Source: Micromonosporaceae bacterium (GTDB lineage: Bacteria > Actinomycetota > Actinomycetes > Mycobacteriales > Micromonosporaceae). Taken from it: a stretch of 64,000 bases of DNA. The stretch's first letter is position 1; every line of letters starts with the position of its first letter. The stretch spans positions 85-64,084 of the forward strand of contig SLSW01000268.1 of the NCBI GenBank assembly GCA_007130245.1. Reading direction: 5' to 3'. Both the position numbers and the translations under genes were made by a program. Positions 28,637 to 36,502 of this stretch are shown piece after piece. The notes beneath the pieces are model-generated. The model did no database searches and had not been told where the DNA came from. It was given only the letters and a program-made list of their open reading frames with translations.

Positions 28637-30217
28637 ATGACTTCCGACCCCACCACGCTCTACCGCGGCGGGCGCGTGCACAGCCCGACCGATCCGCACG
28701 CCACCGCGCTGCTGGTCTCGGGCGGCACCGTCGCCTGGGTCGGCCCGGAAGGCGACGCCCCGGCCGCCGACCGGGTCGTCGACCTCGACAGCGCCCTGCT
28801 CACCCCCGCTTTCGTCGACGCCCACATGCACGTCACCGACACCGGCCTGACCGCCACCGGGCTGGACCTGTCCACGACCCGGTCAGCCACCGACGTGCTG
28901 GAGGCGGTGGCCGGCGCCGCGCAGCGCCTGCCGACCGACGCGGTGCTGCTCGGCCACGGCTGGGACGAGTCGACCTGGCCGGACCCCGACCGCAACCCGC
29001 CGGACGCGGCCGCGCTGGAGCGGGCCGCCGGCGGGCGCCGGGTCTACCTGTCCCAGGCCAGCATCCACTCCGCACTCTGTTCGCCCGCGCTGCTGGCCAC
29101 CGTGGCACCGGACACCCCCGGCTACGACCCGTCCGGGTGGGTGCGACGGGAGGCCCACCGCGCCGCCCGCGAGGTGGCCTTCGCCTCCATCAGCACCAGC
29201 CAGCGCGCCCAGGTGCAGCGCACCGCTCTGCGCCACGCCGCCTCGCTCGGCATCGCCGCGGTCCACGAGTGCGGTGGTCCCGGCACCTCCTCCGAGGACG
29301 ACTTCACCGCAGTACTGGCGCTGTCCGGCGACGCACTGCCCGAGGTGTACGGCTACTGGGGCGAGCCGATGGGCGCGGAGCGGGCGAGGCAACTTGGCGC
29401 GCTCGGCGCCGGCGGCGACCTGTACGCCGACGGGGCGCTGGGATCGCAGACCGCGCACCTGCGCGAGACGTACGCCGACCGGGCCGACCACCGCGGCTAC
29501 GGCTACCTGACCAGCGAACAGGTGCGCGACCACCTGCTGGACTGCCACGACCACGGTGTCCAGGGCGGGTTCCACGCTATCGGCGACGCGGCGCTGGCCG
29601 CGGTGCTCGACGGGTTCGCGGCCGCGGCGGCCAAGCTGGGCCCGGAGCGGCTGCGCGCGGCACGCCACCGCATCGAGCACGCCGAGCTGATCGACCGGAA
29701 CATGATCGCCCGGGTGGTGGAGTACGGCGTGATCGCCAGCATGCAGCCGGCGTTCGACCGGCTGTGGGGCGGCGAGTCGCAGATGTACGCCGCGCGGCTG
29801 GGCCGGCAGCGGGCGCTGGAGGCCAACCCGTTCGGCGCCATGCACGCCGTCGGTGCGGCGCTGGCGTTCGGCTCGGACAGTCCGGTCACCCCGCTGGACC
29901 CGTGGGGCAGCGTGCGGGCGGCGGCCTGCCACCACAACCCCGCTTACCGGATGGGCGTACGGTCGGCGTTCGCCGCCCACACCCGCGGCGGCTGGCGCGC
30001 GGTCGGGCAGGACACCCATGGTGTGCTGACCCCCGGGGCGCCCGCCACCTTCGCGGTCTGGCACACCCCGGCCGGCCTCGACGGCACCCTGCCGGTGCTG
30101 ATGGCCGCCGACCCGGCCGAGCACGGCCCGCAGGACCCGACGCCGCTGCCGACCTGCCGGCGCACCGTGCTACGCGGCCGGACCATCTACGACCAGCAGC
30201 AGGAGCCCGACCGGTGA
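28637..30217 (+). CDS. amidohydrolase family protein (Amidohydro_3, YtcJ-like)
   Basis: ATG 28637 in the frame of ORF 26054..30217. It has the metal ligands FVDAHMHV, and later HAIGD and SDSP. Confidence 0.8.
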   Translation: MTSDPTTLYRGGRVHSPTDPHATALLVSGGTVAWVGPEGDAPAADRVVDLDSALLTPAFVDAHMHVTDTGLTATGLDLSTTRSATDVLEAVAGAAQRLPTDAVLLGHGWDESTWPDPDRNPPDAAALERAAGGRRVYLSQASIHSALCSPALLATVAPDTPGYDPSGWVRREAHRAAREVAFASISTSQRAQVQRTALRHAASLGIAAVHECGGPGTSSEDDFTAVLALSGDALPEVYGYWGEPMGAERARQLGALGAGGDLYADGALGSQTAHLRETYADRADHRGYGYLTSEQVRDHLLDCHDHGVQGGFHAIGDAALAAVLDGFAAAAAKLGPERLRAARHRIEHAELIDRNMIARVVEYGVIASMQPAFDRLWGGESQMYAARLGRQRALEANPFGAMHAVGAALAFGSDSPVTPLDPWGSVRAAACHHNPAYRMGVRSAFAAHTRGGWRAVGQDTHGVLTPGAPATFAVWHTPAGLDGTLPVLMAADPAEHGPQDPTPLPTCRRTVLRGRTIYDQQQEPDR

Positions 30218-31830
30218 GCACACCACCCGCCCGTACCCACCGCAAGCTCGACCTGGACCCGGCGCTGGTGGCCCGCGCCCGGGCGCTGGCGCGCCAGGCC
30301 GCCGCGCCGGTGGTGGAGCTGGCCCACACCCACACCACCGTGTCGGTGGAACGGGCGCTGCTGCGGCTGCTCGGCGTCACCGGCGCCGACCCGGACGGCA
30401 TCCCGTGGGTCAACCACCTGGTCGACGCGGTGCGCGAGGACACCGGCCTGGCCAACGGGGTGGCCACCCCGGTGTTCCACGCGCTGGCCGGCGAATCCGG
30501 CGACCCGCCGCCTGGGGCAGCCGCCGACGACGTGGCCGCCGAGCTGACGCTGCTGGCGCAGAAGGCCGCCGCCGGCTCGGTGCGCTTCACCCAGCCGACC
30601 GGGTCCGCGGCCACCGCCGCCCGCGACGCCGCCCGGGAAGCGACCGCCGCCGGCATCGCCCGCCTCGACGCCCGCCGGGCCGAGCGCGACCAGCTGGTCG
30701 CCCGCCACGGCGACCCGCCGCGGCGCCCCTGGTCGTACCTGATCGTGGCCACCGGCGACATCTACGAGGACATCGCCCAGGCGCAGGCGGCCGCCGCCGG
30801 CGGCGCCGACATCATCGCCGTGATCCGCTCCACCGGACAGTCGCTGCTGGACTACGTGCCCGAGGGCGCCACCCGGGAAGGGTTCGCCGGCACCTACGCC
30901 ACCGGCGAGAACTTCCGGCTCATGCGTGCCGCGCTGGACGAGTCGTCGGCGAAGCTCGGCCGCTACGTCCGGCTGACCAACTACGCCTCCGGGTTGTGCA
31001 TGCCCGAGATCGCCACCCTGGCCGGGCTGCAGCGCCTCGACATGATGCTCAACGACTCCATGTACGGCATCCTGTTCCGCGACATCAACCCGATCCGCAC
31101 CTTCATCGACCAGCGTTTTTCCCGGCAGGTCCACGCCCGCGCCGGCATCATCATCAACACCGGCGAGGACAACTACCTGACTACCGCCGACGCGGTCGAC
31201 GAGGCGCACACGGTGACCGTCTCGCAGGTGCTCAACGAGTACTTCGCCCACGAGGCCGGGCTGCCGGACACGCAGCTGGCGCTCGGGCACGCCTTCGAGA
31301 TCAACCCTGACCTGCCCGAGTCGTTCCGCCTGGAGCTGGCGCACGCGCTGCTGGCGCGCGAACTGTTCCCGGATGCGCTGCTGAAGTGGATGCCGCCGAC
31401 CAAGCACATGACCGGCGACGTGTTCCGCGGCAACCTGCTCGACGGGTTCTTCAACCTGGTGGGCGCCCTGACCGACCAGGACATCCTGCTGGTGGGCATG
31501 ATGACCGAGGCGGTGGTCACCCCGTGGCTGTCCGACCGCGACATCGCACTGCAGAACGTGCGCTACGTGCTCGGCGCCGCCGGCGGGCTGCACGCCGACT
31601 TCGTGCCCGAGCCCGGCGGGTTCATCCAGCAGCGCGCCAACCGGGTGCTCGCCGAGGCCGTCGACCTGCTGGAACGGATCGTGGCAGGCGGCCTGCTGGA
31701 GGCCATCGGCGACGGCACGTTCGGGATCATGAAACGCCCCGCCGACCGCGGCAAGGGCCTCGACGGCGTGATCCGCCACGCCGAGGACTACTACCATCCC
31801 GCGATCGATATTCTGGAAGGTAGAGACTGA
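30214..31830 (+). CDS. kamD: lysine 5,6-aminomutase alpha subunit
   Basis: GTG 30214 overlaps the amidohydrolase stop. About 538 aa of TIM-barrel subunit pattern (NYASGLCMPEIA...INTGEDNYLTTADA). Confidence 0.85.
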   Translation: MSTPPARTHRKLDLDPALVARARALARQAAAPVVELAHTHTTVSVERALLRLLGVTGADPDGIPWVNHLVDAVREDTGLANGVATPVFHALAGESGDPPPGAAADDVAAELTLLAQKAAAGSVRFTQPTGSAATAARDAAREATAAGIARLDARRAERDQLVARHGDPPRRPWSYLIVATGDIYEDIAQAQAAAAGGADIIAVIRSTGQSLLDYVPEGATREGFAGTYATGENFRLMRAALDESSAKLGRYVRLTNYASGLCMPEIATLAGLQRLDMMLNDSMYGILFRDINPIRTFIDQRFSRQVHARAGIIINTGEDNYLTTADAVDEAHTVTVSQVLNEYFAHEAGLPDTQLALGHAFEINPDLPESFRLELAHALLARELFPDALLKWMPPTKHMTGDVFRGNLLDGFFNLVGALTDQDILLVGMMTEAVVTPWLSDRDIALQNVRYVLGAAGGLHADFVPEPGGFIQQRANRVLAEAVDLLERIVAGGLLEAIGDGTFGIMKRPADRGKGLDGVIRHAEDYYHPAIDILEGRD

Positions 31831-31882
31831 TTTCTGCAGCTAGCTTGCACAGAACGCCCTGAAACTGTCAGGAGGCGGGGCC

Positions 31883-33289
31883 GTGTTACGAAGTTTTCGG
31901 GTCAGCAACCACAAGTCCTTCCGGGACGAGGCGGAGCTGTTGCTCATTCCGGCCTACGACAAGTCACGCGACGTCGTACCTGTGGCCGGGATCCTGGGTG
32001 CAAATGCCTCGGGAAAGTCGAACCTGCTCGACGCCCTGCGCTGGTTGCAGAAAGCGGTACGCGAGTCGTATGCGCACTGGGAGCCGGGCGCTGGTGTGCC
32101 CCGCACGCCGTTTCGTCTGGACCCGGACTACTCCAGCCAGCCGTCGCTGTACTGCGTCGAGATCGTGGTCGACGGATCGCGCTACACCTACGGGCTGGAA
32201 GTCGACGACCAGCGCGTGCTGACCGAGTGGCTCTACACCTACCCGCACAACCGCAGGCGGGTCATCTTCGAGCGCGAAGACGGAACGGTTCGCCTGGGCT
32301 CCACCGTCCCCGAATATCGGGCCCGGACCGAGCAACTGGCTCGCCAGACCCGCGACAACGCCCTGTTCCTGTCCGTCGCAGCGCACAACGAGCTTACTGA
32401 GGCGCAACCGCTATACAACTGGTTTCGTCAGAACCTACGATTCGCCGATGGCACGACGATCGCCGAAGACGAGCTAGTCGCGCGATTGACTGACGCCGAT
32501 AAGCGCGGATCGATCTTGTCGCTCGTCAGGATAGCTGATCTTGGGATAACTAACATAACCATCGAAAGCCGCGATTCTGAGCTGGCTGCTATTGAGAAAC
32601 ACATTACCGATCAGTCGATGCTCATCGCGCGGCTGTTGGCTGAGATGAAAGGCCTGCAGGCAGACGGGACTCTCTCCGATACCGACAGCGAGGACACGGA
32701 AGAGAATCATGCGTTGGCCAGAAGGCTTGTACATGCAAAGCTAGACCGGGCTCGCGAGGCGTTGGCGAGTCGGCATATGCTTGAGGGCAGCAAAGAACAA
32801 ATCCGGTCGGTGCCAAGACTGCGTTTCCACCACGGCGCGAATACCGTTCCGTTGACGCTTACGGAGCAGTCATCTGGCACTCGCAGCTGGCTTGGTCTAC
32901 TATCGGCGGCGCTCGGTGCCCTCGCGTCCGGGGGGATGCTGATAGTGGATGAATTGAACGCCAGTCTCCACCCGCACCTCTCAGCACGGTTGATGACACT
33001 GTTTCGGGATCCGGAGACCAATCCCAGCGGTGCACAGCTGCTCTTCACTACCCATGACGCGACCCTGCTCGACGAGGACACCCTTGGGCGGGACGAGATC
33101 TGGTTCATCGAGAAGGATCCCGACAGTGGGGCTACCAACCTGTTCCCGTTAACCGACTTCCACCCGCGCAAGAATGAGAATCGAGTAGGTCGGTACTTGG
33201 CTGGCGCCTACGGAGCGATCCCCCTTGTCTCCGACTACGACCTGCAACAGGCATTTCACGATGGCGGGGAAGCCGATGCCGCGGCGTGA
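31883..33289 (+). CDS. ABC-type AAA_15/AAA_21 family ATPase (AbiLi / OLD-ATPase-like)
   Basis: Walker A GANASGKS (31997-32020), signature-like EQSSGT, Walker B MLIVDELNASLHP and H-loop FTTHD. The C-terminal DEIWFIEKD...RYLAGAYGAIP is also present. An SD aggagg precedes the GTG start, and codon usage is atypical. Confidence 0.85.
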   Translation: MLRSFRVSNHKSFRDEAELLLIPAYDKSRDVVPVAGILGANASGKSNLLDALRWLQKAVRESYAHWEPGAGVPRTPFRLDPDYSSQPSLYCVEIVVDGSRYTYGLEVDDQRVLTEWLYTYPHNRRRVIFEREDGTVRLGSTVPEYRARTEQLARQTRDNALFLSVAAHNELTEAQPLYNWFRQNLRFADGTTIAEDELVARLTDADKRGSILSLVRIADLGITNITIESRDSELAAIEKHITDQSMLIARLLAEMKGLQADGTLSDTDSEDTEENHALARRLVHAKLDRAREALASRHMLEGSKEQIRSVPRLRFHHGANTVPLTLTEQSSGTRSWLGLLSAALGALASGGMLIVDELNASLHPHLSARLMTLFRDPETNPSGAQLLFTTHDATLLDEDTLGRDEIWFIEKDPDSGATNLFPLTDFHPRKNENRVGRYLAGAYGAIPLVSDYDLQQAFHDGGEADAAA

Positions 33290-33830
33290 CAACACCGCCC
33301 GCCGGAGGCAACCGTCACGAGACAAGCCGCGTACGATCCTTGTCTACTGCGGCGCGCTCCGCACCGAACCCGCCTACTTCAACGCCCTGCGGCGCGACAC
33401 GCGGAGAAGGAACGTAACCGTCAAGATCCGACAGGACGGAACCGCCCCACACGCGCTTGTCAAAGCAGCCGCGGCATACCGAGATCGCGGGCCTGCCGAC
33501 TTCGACGAGGTCTGGTGTGTGGTCGACACCGACGAGTTCGACGTCGCCGCGGCGGCGGACGTAGCCGCGAAGCATCGGGTCAACCTGGCGGTGTCGAACC
33601 CATGCTTCGAGCTGTGGCTGCTGCTACACCACACCGACTGCCGAGGAAGCTGCGACGGTTGCTCCGACGTGCAGCGTCGTCTACGCCACTTCGTACCGGA
33701 CTATGACAAGGCGAGGCTGGACTTCAATCGTTTTGCACCCGGAGTCAACCACGCCGTCATGAGAGCGAAGAAACTCGAACCGACCGGCACAACATACGGG
33801 AAAACCCCTCCAGCGGAGTCTGGCGGCTAG
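33261..33830 (+). CDS. RloB-like (Toprim-related) protein, C-terminus possibly frameshifted
   Basis: ILVYCGALRTEPAYF, VVDTDEFD (a DxD motif) and NPCFELWLLLH resemble RloB family motifs. It overlaps the ATPase gene by 29 nt from ATG 33261. Confidence 0.75.
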   Translation: MAGKPMPRRDNTARRRQPSRDKPRTILVYCGALRTEPAYFNALRRDTRRRNVTVKIRQDGTAPHALVKAAAAYRDRGPADFDEVWCVVDTDEFDVAAAADVAAKHRVNLAVSNPCFELWLLLHHTDCRGSCDGCSDVQRRLRHFVPDYDKARLDFNRFAPGVNHAVMRAKKLEPTGTTYGKTPPAESGG

Positions 33831-33852
33831 TGGAAACGGTCATGGAATTGCG

Positions 33853-34626
33853 ATGAGTGCCACCACCGAACAACCGACCATAATCCGGCCGTACGGGGAT
33901 ACCACCGGTGACGGCATGGTGCAGCTGTCGTTCACGCTGCCGGTGCCGCCCGGCCGGCAGGCCGAGGGCGCCGCGCAGCAGCTGGCGGCAAAGATGGGCA
34001 TCGACCCGGCGATGGTCGTGCACACCCGCGAGGTCGCCGAGGGCTACACCTTCTTCGTCGTCTACGGGCGGGTCAACCACCTGGTGGACCTGTCACAAGT
34101 GCAGGTGGCCGAACAGGACTTCCCGCTGCTCAGCCCCAAGGAGGTCAACGACGCGGTGCGCCAGCACCTGCGCCGGCCGCTGTCGGTGGTGGGCGCCTGC
34201 ATCGGCACCGACGCGCACACCGTGGGCATCGACGCGATCCTCAACATCAAGGGGGTGGCGGGGGAGAAGGGCCTGGAATACTACCGCGAGCTGGCCGTGA
34301 CCAACCTGGGTGCGCAGGTCAGCGTGCCGGAACTGGTCGAGCAGGCGCGCGCGCGGCAGGCCGACGCGGTGCTGGTGTCGCAGGTGGTCACCCAGCGCGA
34401 CGCGCACCTGCACAACGTGCGGGAGATGTCGGCCGCGTTCCGGGAGGCGTTCCCGGCCGGAGCGCGCCCGCTGCTGGTGGTGGGCGGGCCCCGCTTCGAC
34501 GAGACCATGGGCGACGAGCTGGGCGTCGACCGCATCTTCGGCCGCGGCACCACCCCGGCCGAGGTCGCCTCCTACCTCGTCCACGCCCTCATCAGGACCG
34601 ATCTTGGACGCCCGCCTGCCCGATAG
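33853..34626 (+). CDS. kamE: lysine 5,6-aminomutase beta subunit (B12-binding)
   Basis: IRPYGDTTGDGMVQLSFTLPV N-terminus and the DAHTVG cobalamin-binding DxHxxG motif. Confidence 0.9.
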   Translation: MSATTEQPTIIRPYGDTTGDGMVQLSFTLPVPPGRQAEGAAQQLAAKMGIDPAMVVHTREVAEGYTFFVVYGRVNHLVDLSQVQVAEQDFPLLSPKEVNDAVRQHLRRPLSVVGACIGTDAHTVGIDAILNIKGVAGEKGLEYYRELAVTNLGAQVSVPELVEQARARQADAVLVSQVVTQRDAHLHNVREMSAAFREAFPAGARPLLVVGGPRFDETMGDELGVDRIFGRGTTPAEVASYLVHALIRTDLGRPPAR

Positions 34627-34671
34627 GGGCGGCCAGCGTCCAAGATCCAAGCAAGTGGCGGCTTGACAGAC

Positions 34672-35073
34672 ATGGAGGTCCGCATGAGCGACGACGACCC
34701 GCGGCTGGGCACCACCGTGACCCACCGCCGCTACGTGCCCTACTCCCACGCCCACTACGCCGGCAATCTGGTCGACGGCGCCTACGCCATGTCGCTGTTC
34801 GGCGACGTCGCCACCGAGGTGTGCATCCGCACCGACGGCGACGAAGGGCTGCTCGCCGGCTATTCCGATGTGAAGTTCACCGCCCCGATCCGCGCCGGTG
34901 ACGTGCTGGAGATCACCGCCAGCGTCACCCGGGTGGGCCGGCGCAGCCGCACCCTGCAGCTGACCTGCTCGGTGGTGTGCCGCGGGCGCCCGGACCGCTC
35001 CGAGAGCGCCGCCGAGGTGCTCGATCCGCCGCTGGTGGTGGCCACCGCCACCGGCACCGTCGTGGTGCCCTGA
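34672..35073 (+). CDS. kal: 3-aminobutyryl-CoA ammonia-lyase (hotdog fold)
   Basis: About 130 aa with HAHYAGNLVDGAYAMSLFGDVATE and APIRAGDVLEI. Its position in the kam cluster fits. The start is uncertain (34663, 34672 or 34684). Confidence 0.7.
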   Translation: MEVRMSDDDPRLGTTVTHRRYVPYSHAHYAGNLVDGAYAMSLFGDVATEVCIRTDGDEGLLAGYSDVKFTAPIRAGDVLEITASVTRVGRRSRTLQLTCSVVCRGRPDRSESAAEVLDPPLVVATATGTVVVP

Positions 35074-35081
35074 CCGGCGCC

Positions 35082-36473
35082 GTGAGCTATGCGGTCTGCG
35101 CCGACATCGGCTCCACCTTCACCAAGGTCGCGCTGGTCGCGCTGCCGTCCGGCCGGCTGCTGGCCACCGGGGCGCATCCGACCACGGTCGACACCGATGT
35201 GTTGCACGGCCTCGACTCCGCCGCCGCACGGGCCGCCGCCCACGCCGGCGATGCCGCCGGCGTCGATCCGAAGGCGTCATGGTACGTGTGCTCCTCGGCC
35301 GGCGGCGGGTTGCGCCTGGCCGTGGTCGGCCACGAACAGTTGGTCACCGCGCAGGCCGGGCGCCGGGTAGCCCTCAGCGCCGGGGCGCGGGTCGTGCACG
35401 TGGCCGCCGGCAAACTGTCCGGCAAGGACGTCGCCTCGCTGGACGCCGCCCAGCCGGACATCGTACTGCTGGTCGGCGGCACCGACGGCGGCGAGGCCGA
35501 CACGCTGCTGCACAACGCCGGGATGCTGGCGCGTGCCGGGCGGCGCCGCCCGGTGGTGCTGGCCGGCAACGCCGACGCCCGCGAGCAGGCCACCGCCGTG
35601 CTCACGCGCACCGGCACACCGGTGCGCGCCACTGCCAACGTGCTACCGCGCATCGGCCAGCTACACCCCGCACCGGCCCGCGCCGCGATCCGCGAGGCGT
35701 TCCTGCGCCACGTCATCGGCGGCAAGCGGCTCTCGCGCGGCCCGCGGCTGGCCGGCCTGCTGCGCACGGCCACCCCGGACGCGGTGCTGGCGGCCGTCGA
35801 GCTGCTGGCCGACCACGACCACGGCGATCTGCTGGTCGCCGACGTCGGCGGCGCCACCACCGATGTCTACTCCGCGGTCACGCCCGACACCGACCTCGAC
35901 CGCGGCCGCGACGCCGACGCGGAGGTCGCCGGGGTGCTGGCGCGGGCGCGCACCGTGGAGGGTGACCTGGGGGTGCGGTGGAGCGCGCCCGGTGTCGTCG
36001 CCGCGGCTATCGACGAGAACCTCCTGGCCAGCGGCGAGGCCGAGGCGCTCACGGCCGCCGCCGGACAACGGGCGGCGGCACCCGGGCTGGTCGCCGCCGA
36101 GGCCGTCGCACGGGCCCACGACCACCGGCTGGCGGGGCTGGCCGCGGTGGTGGCCGTACGCCGCCACGCGCGCGGCGACACGCCGGGGCCGGTACGCCGC
36201 GGCGGACGCGACCTGCGCCGGGTGCGCACCGTGATCGGCTCCGGTGGGGTGCTGCGCCACGCCGAGCACCCGGAACAGCTGCTGGCCACGGTGGTCAGCG
36301 ACCACGCCGGCGGGTGGGCACCGCCGCAGCGGGCCTACACCGTGGTCGACACCCGCTACGTGCTGGCCGCAGCCGGCCTGCTGGCCGGCGACCACCCGCG
36401 GGCCGCGTTGCGGCTGCTGCGCGACGACCTGCCAGTCGGCGACCTGCCCGGTGGTGAGCCGGCCCACGGTTAG
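35082..36473 (+). CDS. glutamate mutase L (GlmL/MutL)-like protein, putative aminomutase reactivase
   Basis: GTG 35082. The ADIGSTFTKV and LLVGGTDGG motifs belong to the GlmL/ASKHA-like family that is found in kam clusters. Confidence 0.8.
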   Translation: MSYAVCADIGSTFTKVALVALPSGRLLATGAHPTTVDTDVLHGLDSAAARAAAHAGDAAGVDPKASWYVCSSAGGGLRLAVVGHEQLVTAQAGRRVALSAGARVVHVAAGKLSGKDVASLDAAQPDIVLLVGGTDGGEADTLLHNAGMLARAGRRRPVVLAGNADAREQATAVLTRTGTPVRATANVLPRIGQLHPAPARAAIREAFLRHVIGGKRLSRGPRLAGLLRTATPDAVLAAVELLADHDHGDLLVADVGGATTDVYSAVTPDTDLDRGRDADAEVAGVLARARTVEGDLGVRWSAPGVVAAAIDENLLASGEAEALTAAAGQRAAAPGLVAAEAVARAHDHRLAGLAAVVAVRRHARGDTPGPVRRGGRDLRRVRTVIGSGGVLRHAEHPEQLLATVVSDHAGGWAPPQRAYTVVDTRYVLAAAGLLAGDHPRAALRLLRDDLPVGDLPGGEPAHG

Positions 36474-36502
36474 CGCCCGGTCCGGTTGGGAACTGCCATA
36501 GG

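Noticed and set aside
26054-30217. 1387-aa ORF, the longest in the track
   Set aside because: Only its last 526 codons (from ATG 28637) look like a real protein, the amidohydrolase. The upstream part runs antisense to kamA and out of frame through kdd, with Arg/Gly/Pro-rich nonsense composition typical of high-GC off-frame ORFs.
31815-33856. Target-site duplication flanking the ATPase/RloB insertion (ctggaaggtagagacTGA at the kamD end versus atggaattgcgaTGA before kamE)
   Set aside because: Only TGGAA and the stop codon match. That is too short and degenerate to call a duplication without comparing an empty site.
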